NCBI GenBank assembly: GCA_965215505.1
Contig: OZ244065.1
Coordinates: 4,352,001 to 4,416,000, forward strand
Direction: 5' to 3'
Length of the DNA stretch: 64,000 nt
Source: Capsulimonadaceae bacterium
Lineage (GTDB): Bacteria > Armatimonadota > Armatimonadia > Armatimonadales > Capsulimonadaceae
Shown here: piece by piece, positions 55,405-63,864 of the stretch
Layout of the letters: each line of letters starts with the position of its first letter
Position numbering within the stretch: position 1 is the stretch's first letter
Notes under the pieces: model-generated
Database searches by the model: none
What the model was told of the DNA's origin: nothing
The model's input: the letters and a program-made list of their open reading frames with translations, nothing else
Program-made: the position numbers and the translations under genes

Positions 55405-57875
55405 GCGTTCACCACCGGGAGGGTCGAGACGAACTGGTTGGCCGTGGCCGGGGTGTAGGCTTCCAGCCAGGGGTCAACGTAGGCGTCCACGGTCGCCTGC
55501 ATCGTCGCGTCCAGCCGGGCGGCGATCCCCTCGCCGTCCTCCACGACGACGGCCTTGATCTTCTCCAGCCCGACCCGCTCCACGAAGCCGTAGGTCCGCT
55601 CCAAATACTTGGCGTTCTCGATGTAGTACTGCATGAACCGGCCCATGATCAGGAGCACCTCCTCGTGGGAGCCGACGCTGCACAGCACGTCCCCCTTGCG
55701 GATGTGCGCGCCCGCCGCGCCGCCGATGAAGATCTCCCAGCGCCCGCCCTCGACGGCCACCGCGCCCAGGTCCTTGACCATCGCCTCAGAGCAGTTGCGC
55801 GGGCAGCCCGCCGTCGCCAGCTTCATCTTGCCGGGGCTTTCGACCCCCTGGAAGCGGCGCTCGATCTTGATGCCCAGGCCCGTGCTGTCCCCGACCCCGT
55901 AGCGGCAGAACTCGGTCCCGACGCAGGTCTTGCAGGTGCGGAAGGACTTCGCGTAGGCGTGGCCCGAGGGCATGTCCAGGTCCTTCCAGACGTTCGGCAG
56001 GTTTTCCTTGGTGATCCCCAGGAGGTCAATGCGCTGGCCGCCGGTGATCTTGACCATCGGCACGTCGTACTTGTCGGCGACGTCCGCGATGCGCCGCAGC
56101 TCGGCCGCCGACGTGACCCCGCCGTAGATGCGCGGGATGACCGAGAACGTCTTGTCCTTCTGGATGTTGGCGTGGACGCGGTCGTTGATGTAGCGGGCGT
56201 CCCGCTCGTCCTCGTACTCCGCGCCCCAGAGCGACTTCAGCAGCGAGGCCAGGCCCATCTTGCTGGTGACCTCTTCCTGGCCCCCCGCAAGCGCCTCGAA
56301 AACGGACGAGACGGACTTTAGCTGCCGGTCCATGATTGCCTGCACCAAGGCGGGCTTCGGCAGCGGCACGCCCGGCACATAGTAGTGGATGCTCGGGTCC
56401 TCCTCCACCTGGCCCTCGGCGGCCCACTCGACCACCTCCTGCACCAGCTTCTTGCACGACCCGCAGCCCGCGCCCGCCCGCGTCGCCTCCATCACCATCT
56501 TCAGGGACCGCTTGCCGCCCTCGACGCACTTCCTGATCTGGCCCTTCGAGACGCCGTTGCAGTTGCAGATCTGGGCGCTGTCCGGCATCTCCAGCATCGT
56601 CGTCTCGGTGGACGGTGCCCCGATGTCGAACAGCAGCGACAGCCGCTCCTCGGGCAGCGGCGTCCCCCGGTCAAAGGCCTGCATCAGATAGGCGACTTTG
56701 TTCAGGTCGCCCAGCATCATCGCCCCGATCAGCATGCCGTCCCGGATGATCAGCTTCTTGTAGGTCCCGCGCTTCGGCTCGGAGAACATGACCACTTCGT
56801 CCCGGTCGTCCATCGGCTCGGTCACGCCCATCGAGGCAAGCTCGACGCCCATGACCTTCAGCTTGGTGGCGATCTTGGACCCGTGGTAGGCGGCATCCAG
56901 GTTGCGCCCCGTGATGTGGTCGGCCAGCACCTGCCCCATCTCCCACAGCGGCGCGACCAGGCCGTAGACCCGCCCCCGGTGCTGGGCGCACTCGCCGACG
57001 ACGTAGATGTCCGGGTCGTCCACCGACCGCATCTGGTTGTCGGTGACGATGGCGCGCTCGACGGTCAGGCCGCAGGCGTGCCCGATCTCGGCGTTCGGCT
57101 TGATGCCGGTCGAGATGACCACCATGTCGCAGTCCAGTGTCGTGCCGTCCTTGAACTCAAGGCCCGTCACGCTGTCCTCGCCCAGCACGCGGGCGGTGTT
57201 CTTCATGGTGTGGACGTGGACGCCCATCTTCTCCATGATGCCGCCCAGAATCTTGCCCGCCGCCGGGTCGAGCTGCTGGTTCATCAGGTGCCCGCTGATG
57301 TGGATGACATGCACCTCGACGCCGTAGTTGATCAGCCCGCGCGCCGCCTCCAGGCCCAGCAGTCCGCCGCCGATGACGGCCGCCTTGCGGCACTTGTTGG
57401 CGTAGCCGGCGATCTTGTGGCAGTCGTCCAGGGTGCGGAACACGAAGACGCCGTGCTTGTCCGCCCCGTCGGGCGTTTGCAGGCCATCCATCGGCGGGAC
57501 GAAGGGCCGGCTGCCCGTGGCGATCATCAGCTTGTCGTAGGGCGTGACCTGGCCGTCGTCGCTGTGGACCTCTTTGCGCGCCCGGTCGATGTGCGTCACG
57601 CGGGCCGGGGCGTGGAGCTTCACGTCGTTCTCGGCGTACCACTCCATCGGGTTGAGGAAAATGTCGGAAGGGTCCTGCGACCCGTTGAGGACGTTGGACA
57701 GGAGGATGCGGTTGTAATTGCCATACGGCTCGTCGCCGAACATGGTGATCTCGAACTGCTCGCCGCCGCCGCGCGCCAGTATCTCTTCGACCGTGCGCGC
57801 GCCGGCCATGCCGTTGCCGATCACGACCAACTTCTGCTTATCTGGAGTCTGAGTTAAAGTCTGAATATCTGCCAT
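55401..57875 (-). CDS. nirB: NAD(P)H assimilatory nitrite reductase large subunit
   Basis: IGNGMAG, GGGLLGLE, CNCN...GCGSC, HANIQKD, CKTCVG...C, GCPRNC; start at ATG 57875 after GAAAGG. Confidence 0.95.
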   Translation of the reverse strand: MADIQTLTQTPDKQKLVVIGNGMAGARTVEEILARGGGEQFEITMFGDEPYGNYNRILLSNVLNGSQDPSDIFLNPMEWYAENDVKLHAPARVTHIDRARKEVHSDDGQVTPYDKLMIATGSRPFVPPMDGLQTPDGADKHGVFVFRTLDDCHKIAGYANKCRKAAVIGGGLLGLEAARGLINYGVEVHVIHISGHLMNQQLDPAAGKILGGIMEKMGVHVHTMKNTARVLGEDSVTGLEFKDGTTLDCDMVVISTGIKPNAEIGHACGLTVERAIVTDNQMRSVDDPDIYVVGECAQHRGRVYGLVAPLWEMGQVLADHITGRNLDAAYHGSKIATKLKVMGVELASMGVTEPMDDRDEVVMFSEPKRGTYKKLIIRDGMLIGAMMLGDLNKVAYLMQAFDRGTPLPEERLSLLFDIGAPSTETTMLEMPDSAQICNCNGVSKGQIRKCVEGGKRSLKMVMEATRAGAGCGSCKKLVQEVVEWAAEGQVEEDPSIHYYVPGVPLPKPALVQAIMDRQLKSVSSVFEALAGGQEEVTSKMGLASLLKSLWGAEYEDERDARYINDRVHANIQKDKTFSVIPRIYGGVTSAAELRRIADVADKYDVPMVKITGGQRIDLLGITKENLPNVWKDLDMPSGHAYAKSFRTCKTCVGTEFCRYGVGDSTGLGIKIERRFQGVESPGKMKLATAGCPRNCSEAMVKDLGAVAVEGGRWEIFIGGAAGAHIRKGDVLCSVGSHEEVLLIMGRFMQYYIENAKYLERTYGFVERVGLEKIKAVVVEDGEGIAARLDATMQATVDAYVDPWLEAYTPATANQFVSTLPVVNA

Positions 57876-58006
57876 TTTGCTGCCTTTCGGAGACACGAGG
57901 TTTCCCGAGAGAACGGGTAGCATCAGGAAAAGGCAGCACTGCCGGGGAAGAGCGTCGGTGCAGAGGGGAGCGTGGAGGCCACAGCATCGTGGTCAACTCT
58001 GCAAAC

Positions 58007-58038
58007 AGTATGAATCACAAATGTTTCCGCCGTGTTTC
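58007..58038 (-). promoter_or_regulatory. GlnR-type box and -10 of the nirBD promoter
   Basis: Minus strand GAAAC-ACGGCG-GAAAC-N10-CATACT; same geometry as the site at 63075-63106. Confidence 0.65.
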
Positions 58039-58048
58039 GGAGACACTG

Positions 58049-58180
58049 CCCCCCGACCCCTCTCCCGCAAGCGGGAGAGGGGAGTCAGAGAGGACAAAGG
58101 CTAAGAGTGAAGGCGCAGAGGAAATGATCCGTCTCTTTCGCCCCCCTCTCCCGCTTGCGGGGGAGGGGCCGGGGGTGGGG
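58049..58180. repeat. Inverted doublet of a CCCCTCTCCCGC-AA-GCGGGAGAGGGG REP-like palindrome
   Basis: Units at 58049-58084 and 58141-58180 in opposite orientation. Confidence 0.75.
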
Positions 58181-58192
58181 GTTCTTCAAACC

Positions 58193-58540
58193 CTACACCT
58201 CCAGCAGCCCGACGTCCAGTACCAGGGTCCCGGACACCCCCTCGGGGGCGGCCACGGTGGCTTCCAGCTTGGTCCCGGACATCAGATCCTCGACCACGGC
58301 CAGGGCGACATGAACGTCGCCGCGCGCCCCGATGGGGAAGAGCCGCATGGGCCGGCCGTCACGCATCAGGGTGACGTAGATGAGTTCGGCGGACGAGTTG
58401 CCCGCCCGGAAATAGACGAACTGGGTCCGCTTGCCGACCGGGACGGTATAGGTCAGCTCGGCCGAGAGCGGGACGGGGTTATGCAGGCCGCGCCCCTCGA
58501 ACGGGAAGACGCCTTGCAGCAGTTGGGGTTTCGAGTACAT
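58193..58540 (-). CDS. Small beta-rich protein of unknown function in the nitrate cluster (paralog A)
   Basis: LQGVFPFEGRG, YFRAGNSS, FPIG, HVAL; AAGGAG RBS; clear paralog of 62495-62857. Confidence 0.85.
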   Translation of the reverse strand: MYSKPQLLQGVFPFEGRGLHNPVPLSAELTYTVPVGKRTQFVYFRAGNSSAELIYVTLMRDGRPMRLFPIGARGDVHVALAVVEDLMSGTKLEATVAAPEGVSGTLVLDVGLLEV

Positions 58541-58605
58541 AAGTATTTGTTTCTCCTTAGATTTGAGGCTCGTATCAGGGAAGTCTGTCAGCTCGGGGAA
58601 GTCTG

Positions 58606-58642
58606 TCAGCCGCCCGGCCCCGTGCTGGGGCCGGGCGGCTGA
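58606..58642. terminator. Perfect 16 bp hairpin 3' of the nitrate transporter gene (no U-tract)
   Basis: TCAGCCGCCCGGCCCC-GTGCT-GGGGCCGGGCGGCTGA. Confidence 0.55.
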
Positions 58643-58648
58643 GGGGTG

Positions 58649-60283
58649 CTACGCCGGGTTCATCTCCACGCCGCCCGCGCCGACCAGGACGCGCTCCGGC
58701 TCGGCATGGGCCTTCGCCACGCCGCCCGCGCCGAGCCAGGTCCGCTCCCAGACCGGGGTGACGGCCCGCAGCGTGATCAGGGCGATCACCGCGATGCCCG
58801 CGAAGGCGAAGAAGCCCGCGCCGTAGGTGTGGAAGATGTCGTGCAGCGACCCCATCTCCTGCGCCAGATAATAGCCGCCGACGCCGCCCGCCGCGCCGAC
58901 CAGCCCGGTCATCACGCCGATCTGCTTGCGGAACCGCTGCGGGATGAGCTGGAAGACCGAGCCGTTGCCCATGCCCATCGCGCCCATCAGGATGAACAGC
59001 AGCGGGAAGGTGATGGCCTTGCTCGTGATCGTGAAGCCGATCACGGCGGCGGTCAGGATCGCCGTGGCGTACAGCACGGACAGCATCCGGATGCCGCCGA
59101 TCCGGTCGGCCAGCAGGCCGCCGACGGGCCGCAGGAACGAGCCGGAGATGATGAACGGCCAGGTGAACAGGCCGACCGCGACCTTCGGGTAGTCGTACTG
59201 GTCCACGAAGAACGTGTTGATGAACGACGACATGCCGACGAAGCCGCCGAAGGTCACGAAGTACAGCAGGCAGAAGGTCCAGGCGTCGCCGGTCTTGAGG
59301 ATGCTGGTATAGTCCGAGAGCTTGACGGCGGGCGCGTGGCCCGGCGCGTCCTTCGCCATCAGGCTGAAGACCGCCAGCGTGAGGACGATCGGGATCATCA
59401 GCAGGCCGAAGACGCCGTGCCACCCGACGACCGGGACCAGGAGCGGCGCGAAGATGGTCGCAAGGATCGTCCCCGAGTTGCCCGCCCCGGCGATTCCCAT
59501 CGCTAGGCCCTGCAAATGAGGCGGATACCAGCGCGAGGCCAGCGGCAGCGAGATCGCGAACGAGGCCCCCGCCAGGCCCAGGAAGAAGGCGATGAAGACC
59601 AGCGAGTTGTAGTCGGTGCCGAACTTCCAGCCGACGATCAGCGGCAGCAGCGTCACGGCCAGCGAAACCATGCCGACCCGCTTGGAGGCGAACCGGTCCA
59701 CCAGGACGCCGAGGAAGATGCGCCAGAAGCCCGCCGCCAGCAGGGGCAGGCCGACCAGGAACAGCTTGACCCCGGCGGGGTAGCCGTTGGCGAGCGGCTG
59801 GAACGCCTTGCCGTCCTTCGCCAGCGCGGCCATCGGCTTGAGCGGGATGACGTTGTCATACGGGACGCCGTGCGCGGTCGGGGCCGCCGCCACCTGGATC
59901 AGCTTGGACTTGGCGTTGATCGCCGCCAGGCCCGCCGCGATTGTTTCGGGGCTGGTGCTGTCCAGGATGTACTTCTCGGCGGGCTTGACGCTGTTCCGGG
60001 TGGCGTCTTTAGGCACGCCCGGCTTGAGGAGCAGGTGGTTGACCGTCTTGGCCTCCGACTTGGTCGCGTCGGGGCCTTTCATGATCAGGGTGTAGGGCGT
60101 CTCCTTGGTGATCATCGCCGAGGGCGTGATCCGCAGGTTCGCGCCCGTCAGGGCCGGGTCGGTGGCGATGAACGGCATCAAAGCACCCAGGATGACCCAG
60201 ACCATGAACGAGATGTCGAAGTGCAGGAACGCGCTGAACAGTGAGGGCGCGTGACCGCTGGTTTTCAGGTCACTGATTTTCAT
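58649..60283 (-). CDS. narK: NarK/NasA-family nitrate/nitrite MFS transporter with a large loop insertion
   Basis: FDISFMVW, FWRIFLG, GLAGASF, GIAGAGNSG, TFGGF, FLRPVGG, GMGNGSVF. Confidence 0.92.
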   Translation of the reverse strand: MKISDLKTSGHAPSLFSAFLHFDISFMVWVILGALMPFIATDPALTGANLRITPSAMITKETPYTLIMKGPDATKSEAKTVNHLLLKPGVPKDATRNSVKPAEKYILDSTSPETIAAGLAAINAKSKLIQVAAAPTAHGVPYDNVIPLKPMAALAKDGKAFQPLANGYPAGVKLFLVGLPLLAAGFWRIFLGVLVDRFASKRVGMVSLAVTLLPLIVGWKFGTDYNSLVFIAFFLGLAGASFAISLPLASRWYPPHLQGLAMGIAGAGNSGTILATIFAPLLVPVVGWHGVFGLLMIPIVLTLAVFSLMAKDAPGHAPAVKLSDYTSILKTGDAWTFCLLYFVTFGGFVGMSSFINTFFVDQYDYPKVAVGLFTWPFIISGSFLRPVGGLLADRIGGIRMLSVLYATAILTAAVIGFTITSKAITFPLLFILMGAMGMGNGSVFQLIPQRFRKQIGVMTGLVGAAGGVGGYYLAQEMGSLHDIFHTYGAGFFAFAGIAVIALITLRAVTPVWERTWLGAGGVAKAHAEPERVLVGAGGVEMNPA

Positions 60284-60368
60284 GATGTCTCCTCGTAAGA
60301 TCGGTACAGATTGCTAACATAAAGGGGAGACGCGACGCTGCGTTGAGAAACTCTAAAGGCCCTACGGC

Positions 60369-62498
60369 TTAAAGGCTCGGTGCCTTCTCCACCCGCACCG
60401 CGCAGACCTTGAACTCCGGCATCTTCGAGGACGGGTCCAACGCGGGGTTGGTCAGCCGGTTCGCGCAGGCGTCCCCGCCCCAGTGGAACGGGACGAACAC
60501 CGTGTCCTGACGGATGTTCGGCGTCAGCCGCGCCGCGACGTGGATCGAGCCGCGCCGCGTGGTCAGGGCCACCCGGTCGCCGTCCTCGATGCCGAACCGG
60601 CGGGCCAAGGCGGGGTGCATCTCGACGAACGCCTCCGGCGAGATGCGCCCCAACGCCTCGACGCGCCGGGTCTGCGTCCCGCTCTGGTACTGCGCCATGA
60701 CGCGGCCCGTCGTCAGGTACAGCGGGTACTCGTCGTCCGGCTCCTCCGCCGCCCCCCGGTGGTGGACCGGGTGGAACTTCGCCCGCCCGTCGGGGTGCCC
60801 GAACGCCTCCTGGAACATCCGGGGAGTGCCCGGATGGTCCTCAGAAGGGCACGGCCAGAAGACGCCCTTCTCAGCGTCGATGCGGTCGTAGGTGATGCCC
60901 GAGTAGTCGGCGATGCCGCCCGCGCTGGCCCGGCGCAGCTCCTCGAAGATCTCCGCCTGGTCGTCGGTCGGGAAGTACTGGCCCGCCCCCAGCCGCGCCG
61001 CCAGGGCCGTGACGATCTGCGCGTCGGTCCAGACGCCCTCGGGGCGCATCTTGGCCTGCTGCCGGTGGATGACCCGCCCTTCAAGGTTCGTCATCGTGCC
61101 GCCCTCTTCAGCCCACTGCGCGATGGGCAGCACCACGTCGGCCAGCAGCGCCGTCTCGGAGACGAAGATGTCCGAGACGCACAGGAAGTCCAGCGCGCGC
61201 AGCCGCTGCTCGACGTGCAAAGCGCGGGGTGCGGAGACGGCGAGGTTGCAGGCCATGACCAGCATGGCGCGGACGCCCCCCTCCTGCCCCATGCTGTCCA
61301 GCAGCTCGTAGGCCGAGCGGCCCGGCCCCGGCAGGCTGTCCGGGTCCACGCCCCAGACCCCGGCCACATGGGCGCGGTGTTCGGGGTTGTCTATCTTGCG
61401 GTAGCCCGGCAACTGGTCCGCCTTCTGGCCGTGTTCGCGCCCGCCCTGCCCGTTCCCCTGGCCGGTGATGCAGCCGTAGCCGCAGTGCGGCCGGCCCGCC
61501 TTGCCCAACGCCAGCGCGAGGTTGATGAACGCCAAGGCGTTATCAACGCCCTTCGACTGCTGCCCCGCGCCCCGCGCCGTCAGCACCATGCCCGTGCCCG
61601 CCTCGCCCAAAAGGTGGGCCGCCTTGACGAGCTGGGCGGTCGGGACGCCGGTGATGCGCTCCACCCGGTCCGGCCAGAACGAGGCGATGATGCGCCGGAC
61701 GCTTTCCCAGCCGGTCGTCCGGGATGAGATGAAGTCGTGGTCCAGCAGCCCGTCGGCGGCGGCGATGTGCAAAAGCCCGTTCGCCAGGGCCGTGTCCGTG
61801 CCGGGCGTGAGCTGGAGGTGCAGCGTCGCCTGCTCCGCCGTGGCCGTCCGGCGCGGGTCGGCGACGATCAGCGCGCCGCCGTTCTCGCGCTGACGCTCGA
61901 AGTACTGCATGACCGGCGGCATGGTCTCGGCGGGGTTCGCGCCGATCAGCAGGACGGCCTCCGCGCCGGGGATGTCCTCCAGAGGGAATGGCAGGCCCCG
62001 GTCTATCCCGAAGGCCCGGATGCCCGCGACGGCTTCGGAGGCCATGCAGAACCGGCCGTTGTAATCTATGTGCGGCGTCCGCAGCGCGACGCGGGCGAAC
62101 TTGCCCAGCCAGTACGCCTTCTCGTTGGTCAGCCCGCCCCCGCCGAAGATGCCGACCGAGTCGCGGCCGTAGACCGCCTGGGCGGCTTTGACCCCTGCCG
62201 CCACCCGGTCCAGCGCCTCGTCCCATGTCGCGGGCCGCAGGGGTCCCCCCTTGGAGGCCCGGGCGAGCGGCGTCCGCAGCCGGTCCGGGTGCCCGAGCAG
62301 GTCCGTGGCCGTCCAGCCCTTCTGGCACAGGCCCCCCTTGTTGGTCGGGAAGTCCTTGCGCGGCTGCACTTGCAGGAGGCCCTGGGCGTCCGGCACCAGG
62401 TTCATGCCGCACTGCAAGGCGCAGTACGGGCAGTGCGTGGCGGTGGCAGCACTAGCGGCGGCACTAGTGGCGGCATCGGTTGTCGTGGGAGCGCTCAT
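60369..62498 (-). CDS. nasA: Assimilatory nitrate reductase catalytic subunit (Mo-bisPGD)
   Basis: HCPYCALQC...LCQKG, NGRFCMAS, TGQGNGQGGRE, GTMTNLEG, SKMPEFK; ATG 62498 overlaps the upstream stop. Confidence 0.93.
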   Translation of the reverse strand: MSAPTTTDAATSAAASAATATHCPYCALQCGMNLVPDAQGLLQVQPRKDFPTNKGGLCQKGWTATDLLGHPDRLRTPLARASKGGPLRPATWDEALDRVAAGVKAAQAVYGRDSVGIFGGGGLTNEKAYWLGKFARVALRTPHIDYNGRFCMASEAVAGIRAFGIDRGLPFPLEDIPGAEAVLLIGANPAETMPPVMQYFERQRENGGALIVADPRRTATAEQATLHLQLTPGTDTALANGLLHIAAADGLLDHDFISSRTTGWESVRRIIASFWPDRVERITGVPTAQLVKAAHLLGEAGTGMVLTARGAGQQSKGVDNALAFINLALALGKAGRPHCGYGCITGQGNGQGGREHGQKADQLPGYRKIDNPEHRAHVAGVWGVDPDSLPGPGRSAYELLDSMGQEGGVRAMLVMACNLAVSAPRALHVEQRLRALDFLCVSDIFVSETALLADVVLPIAQWAEEGGTMTNLEGRVIHRQQAKMRPEGVWTDAQIVTALAARLGAGQYFPTDDQAEIFEELRRASAGGIADYSGITYDRIDAEKGVFWPCPSEDHPGTPRMFQEAFGHPDGRAKFHPVHHRGAAEEPDDEYPLYLTTGRVMAQYQSGTQTRRVEALGRISPEAFVEMHPALARRFGIEDGDRVALTTRRGSIHVAARLTPNIRQDTVFVPFHWGGDACANRLTNPALDPSSKMPEFKVCAVRVEKAPSL

Positions 62499-62857
62499 GC
62501 GGACTCGTGTTCCTCCAGGATTCCGACATCCACGACGACCGCCCCGGTCAGCCCGCGCGGCGCGGCATAGCCGACCTCGATGCGCGAGCCGGCGGCGTGC
62601 GTCTCGATGATGGAAAGCGGCACATGGAAGTCGGCCTTGGGGCCGACGGGGAAGTAACGGATCGGCTTGCCGTTGACCGACAGCGCGAGATAAAGCAGGT
62701 CGTCGGACAAGTTGCCGGCCCGGAAGTAGATCACCTCGGCGGTCGTGCCGGGCGGGACATGGTAACACAGGGCGTCATTCAGCGGGCCGAGGTCGAAAAA
62801 CCCCCGCCCGGCAAAAGGGAAGACCCCCTGCAAGAAGCGCGGCGTAGCCTGGCCCAT
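62495..62857 (-). CDS. Small beta-rich protein of unknown function in the nitrate cluster (paralog B)
   Basis: LQGVFPFAGRG, YFRAGNLS, FPVG, HVPL; alternative GTG start at 62938. Confidence 0.8.
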   Translation of the reverse strand: MGQATPRFLQGVFPFAGRGFFDLGPLNDALCYHVPPGTTAEVIYFRAGNLSDDLLYLALSVNGKPIRYFPVGPKADFHVPLSIIETHAAGSRIEVGYAAPRGLTGAVVVDVGILEEHESA

Positions 62858-63074
62858 CCGCGTCAGCCGCTGCTGGCGCGTCTCGGTCGTCGTGGTCTGT
62901 GTGTCGGCATCAAGGAAAGGGTTGGAATCGCTTATCACCGGGAATCGCTTTCTTTTCAAGAAGTTCAGAAAAGGCGGCGTCGCCGGGAGGAGCCACAGGG
63001 CGGTGTGGCGAACCAACGGAAGGGACATGAGGGGGAGAAGCCGGCGCGTCGGTGCGTTCGGCTTGACAAGTCCT

Positions 63075-63106
63075 ATTATACACTCCCAATGTTTCGGCAG
63101 TGTTTC
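63075..63106 (-). promoter_or_regulatory. GlnR-type box and -10 of the nitrate reductase operon promoter
   Basis: Minus strand GAAAC-ACTGCC-GAAAC-N10-TATAAT. Confidence 0.7.
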
Positions 63107-63136
63107 GGCTGAGTTTTGGGGATAAAAATCTTGCAG

Positions 63137-63727
63137 ATGACGGCGGCGATCCTGGCCGGCGGCGAAAGCCGTCGCATGGGGGCGGACAAGGCCGCGCTCA
63201 CCTTCGGCGGGGTCCCGCTGCTGGAGCTGGCCGCCCGCGCCGCCCTCGCGGCGGGCCTGCCGGTCCTCGTCGCGGGCCGGGACCACCCCCCCGGCTGGCC
63301 GCTCCCCGCCGTGGAGTTCGCCCCGGACGCCGCGCCGGGCCTCGGCCCGCTGGGCGGCCTGGAGACGGCCCTGCGCCGCGCCGGGACGCCCGTCCTCGCC
63401 CTGGCCTGCGACATGCCGCTGCTGACCCCCGAGACCCTGCTCTGGCTCCGGGACTCGGCGGCGACCGGGGCGGGCCGGCACGGTCTGGCCGTCACCCGCG
63501 TGGGGCTTTGGGAGCCGCTGTTCTCCGTCTACGACCCCGCCTGCCTGCCGCTGATCGGGTCACGTCTGGCCGAAGGTCGCCGGTCCCTGCACGGGCTGAT
63601 CGAGGCGGGAGACTTCGCCGCCGTGGAGGCTCCGGACTGGGTCGCGGCCCAGCTCCTCAACGTCAATACGCCGGAGGATTTGGCGCAGCTCGCGACGGGC
63701 AGTGAGGAAAGAAAGACGAGTGATTAG
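63137..63727 (+). CDS. mobA: Molybdenum cofactor guanylyltransferase
   Basis: ILAGGESRRMGADKA, GPLGG, ACDMP, EPL, NVNTPED. Confidence 0.93.
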   Translation: MTAAILAGGESRRMGADKAALTFGGVPLLELAARAALAAGLPVLVAGRDHPPGWPLPAVEFAPDAAPGLGPLGGLETALRRAGTPVLALACDMPLLTPETLLWLRDSAATGAGRHGLAVTRVGLWEPLFSVYDPACLPLIGSRLAEGRRSLHGLIEAGDFAAVEAPDWVAAQLLNVNTPEDLAQLATGSEERKTSD

Positions 63728-63840
63728 AATCACTCGCTGATTGGGACCTGTCCAGGGGACAGAAGAGGGAAGGCCATATCGCTCTGCTCCCTTGTCCTCT
63801 GGACAAATCCTGCCGTAGCGAGTGATTTCAATCACTCGTC
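63715..63840 (+). repeat. Nested-palindrome dispersed element, copy 4 (contains the mobA stop codon)
   Basis: GACGAGTGATTAGAATCACTCGCT-N6-GACCTGTCCAGGGGACAGAAGA-N25-TTGTCCTCTGGACAAATC-N7-AGCGAGTGATTTCAATCACTCGTC. Confidence 0.92.
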
Positions 63841-63864
63841 TTGTCTCGCCCCGTCTTCCTCCTC

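Noticed and set aside
63063-63068. Plus-strand TTGACA as the -35 of mobA
   Set aside because: No acceptable -10 hexamer 16-18 nt downstream
1-63840. Nested elements as CRISPR mini-arrays or integron attC sites
   Set aside because: Arms are inverted rather than direct, copies are dispersed singletons, there are no cas or intI genes and no RYYYAAC/GTTRRRY ends
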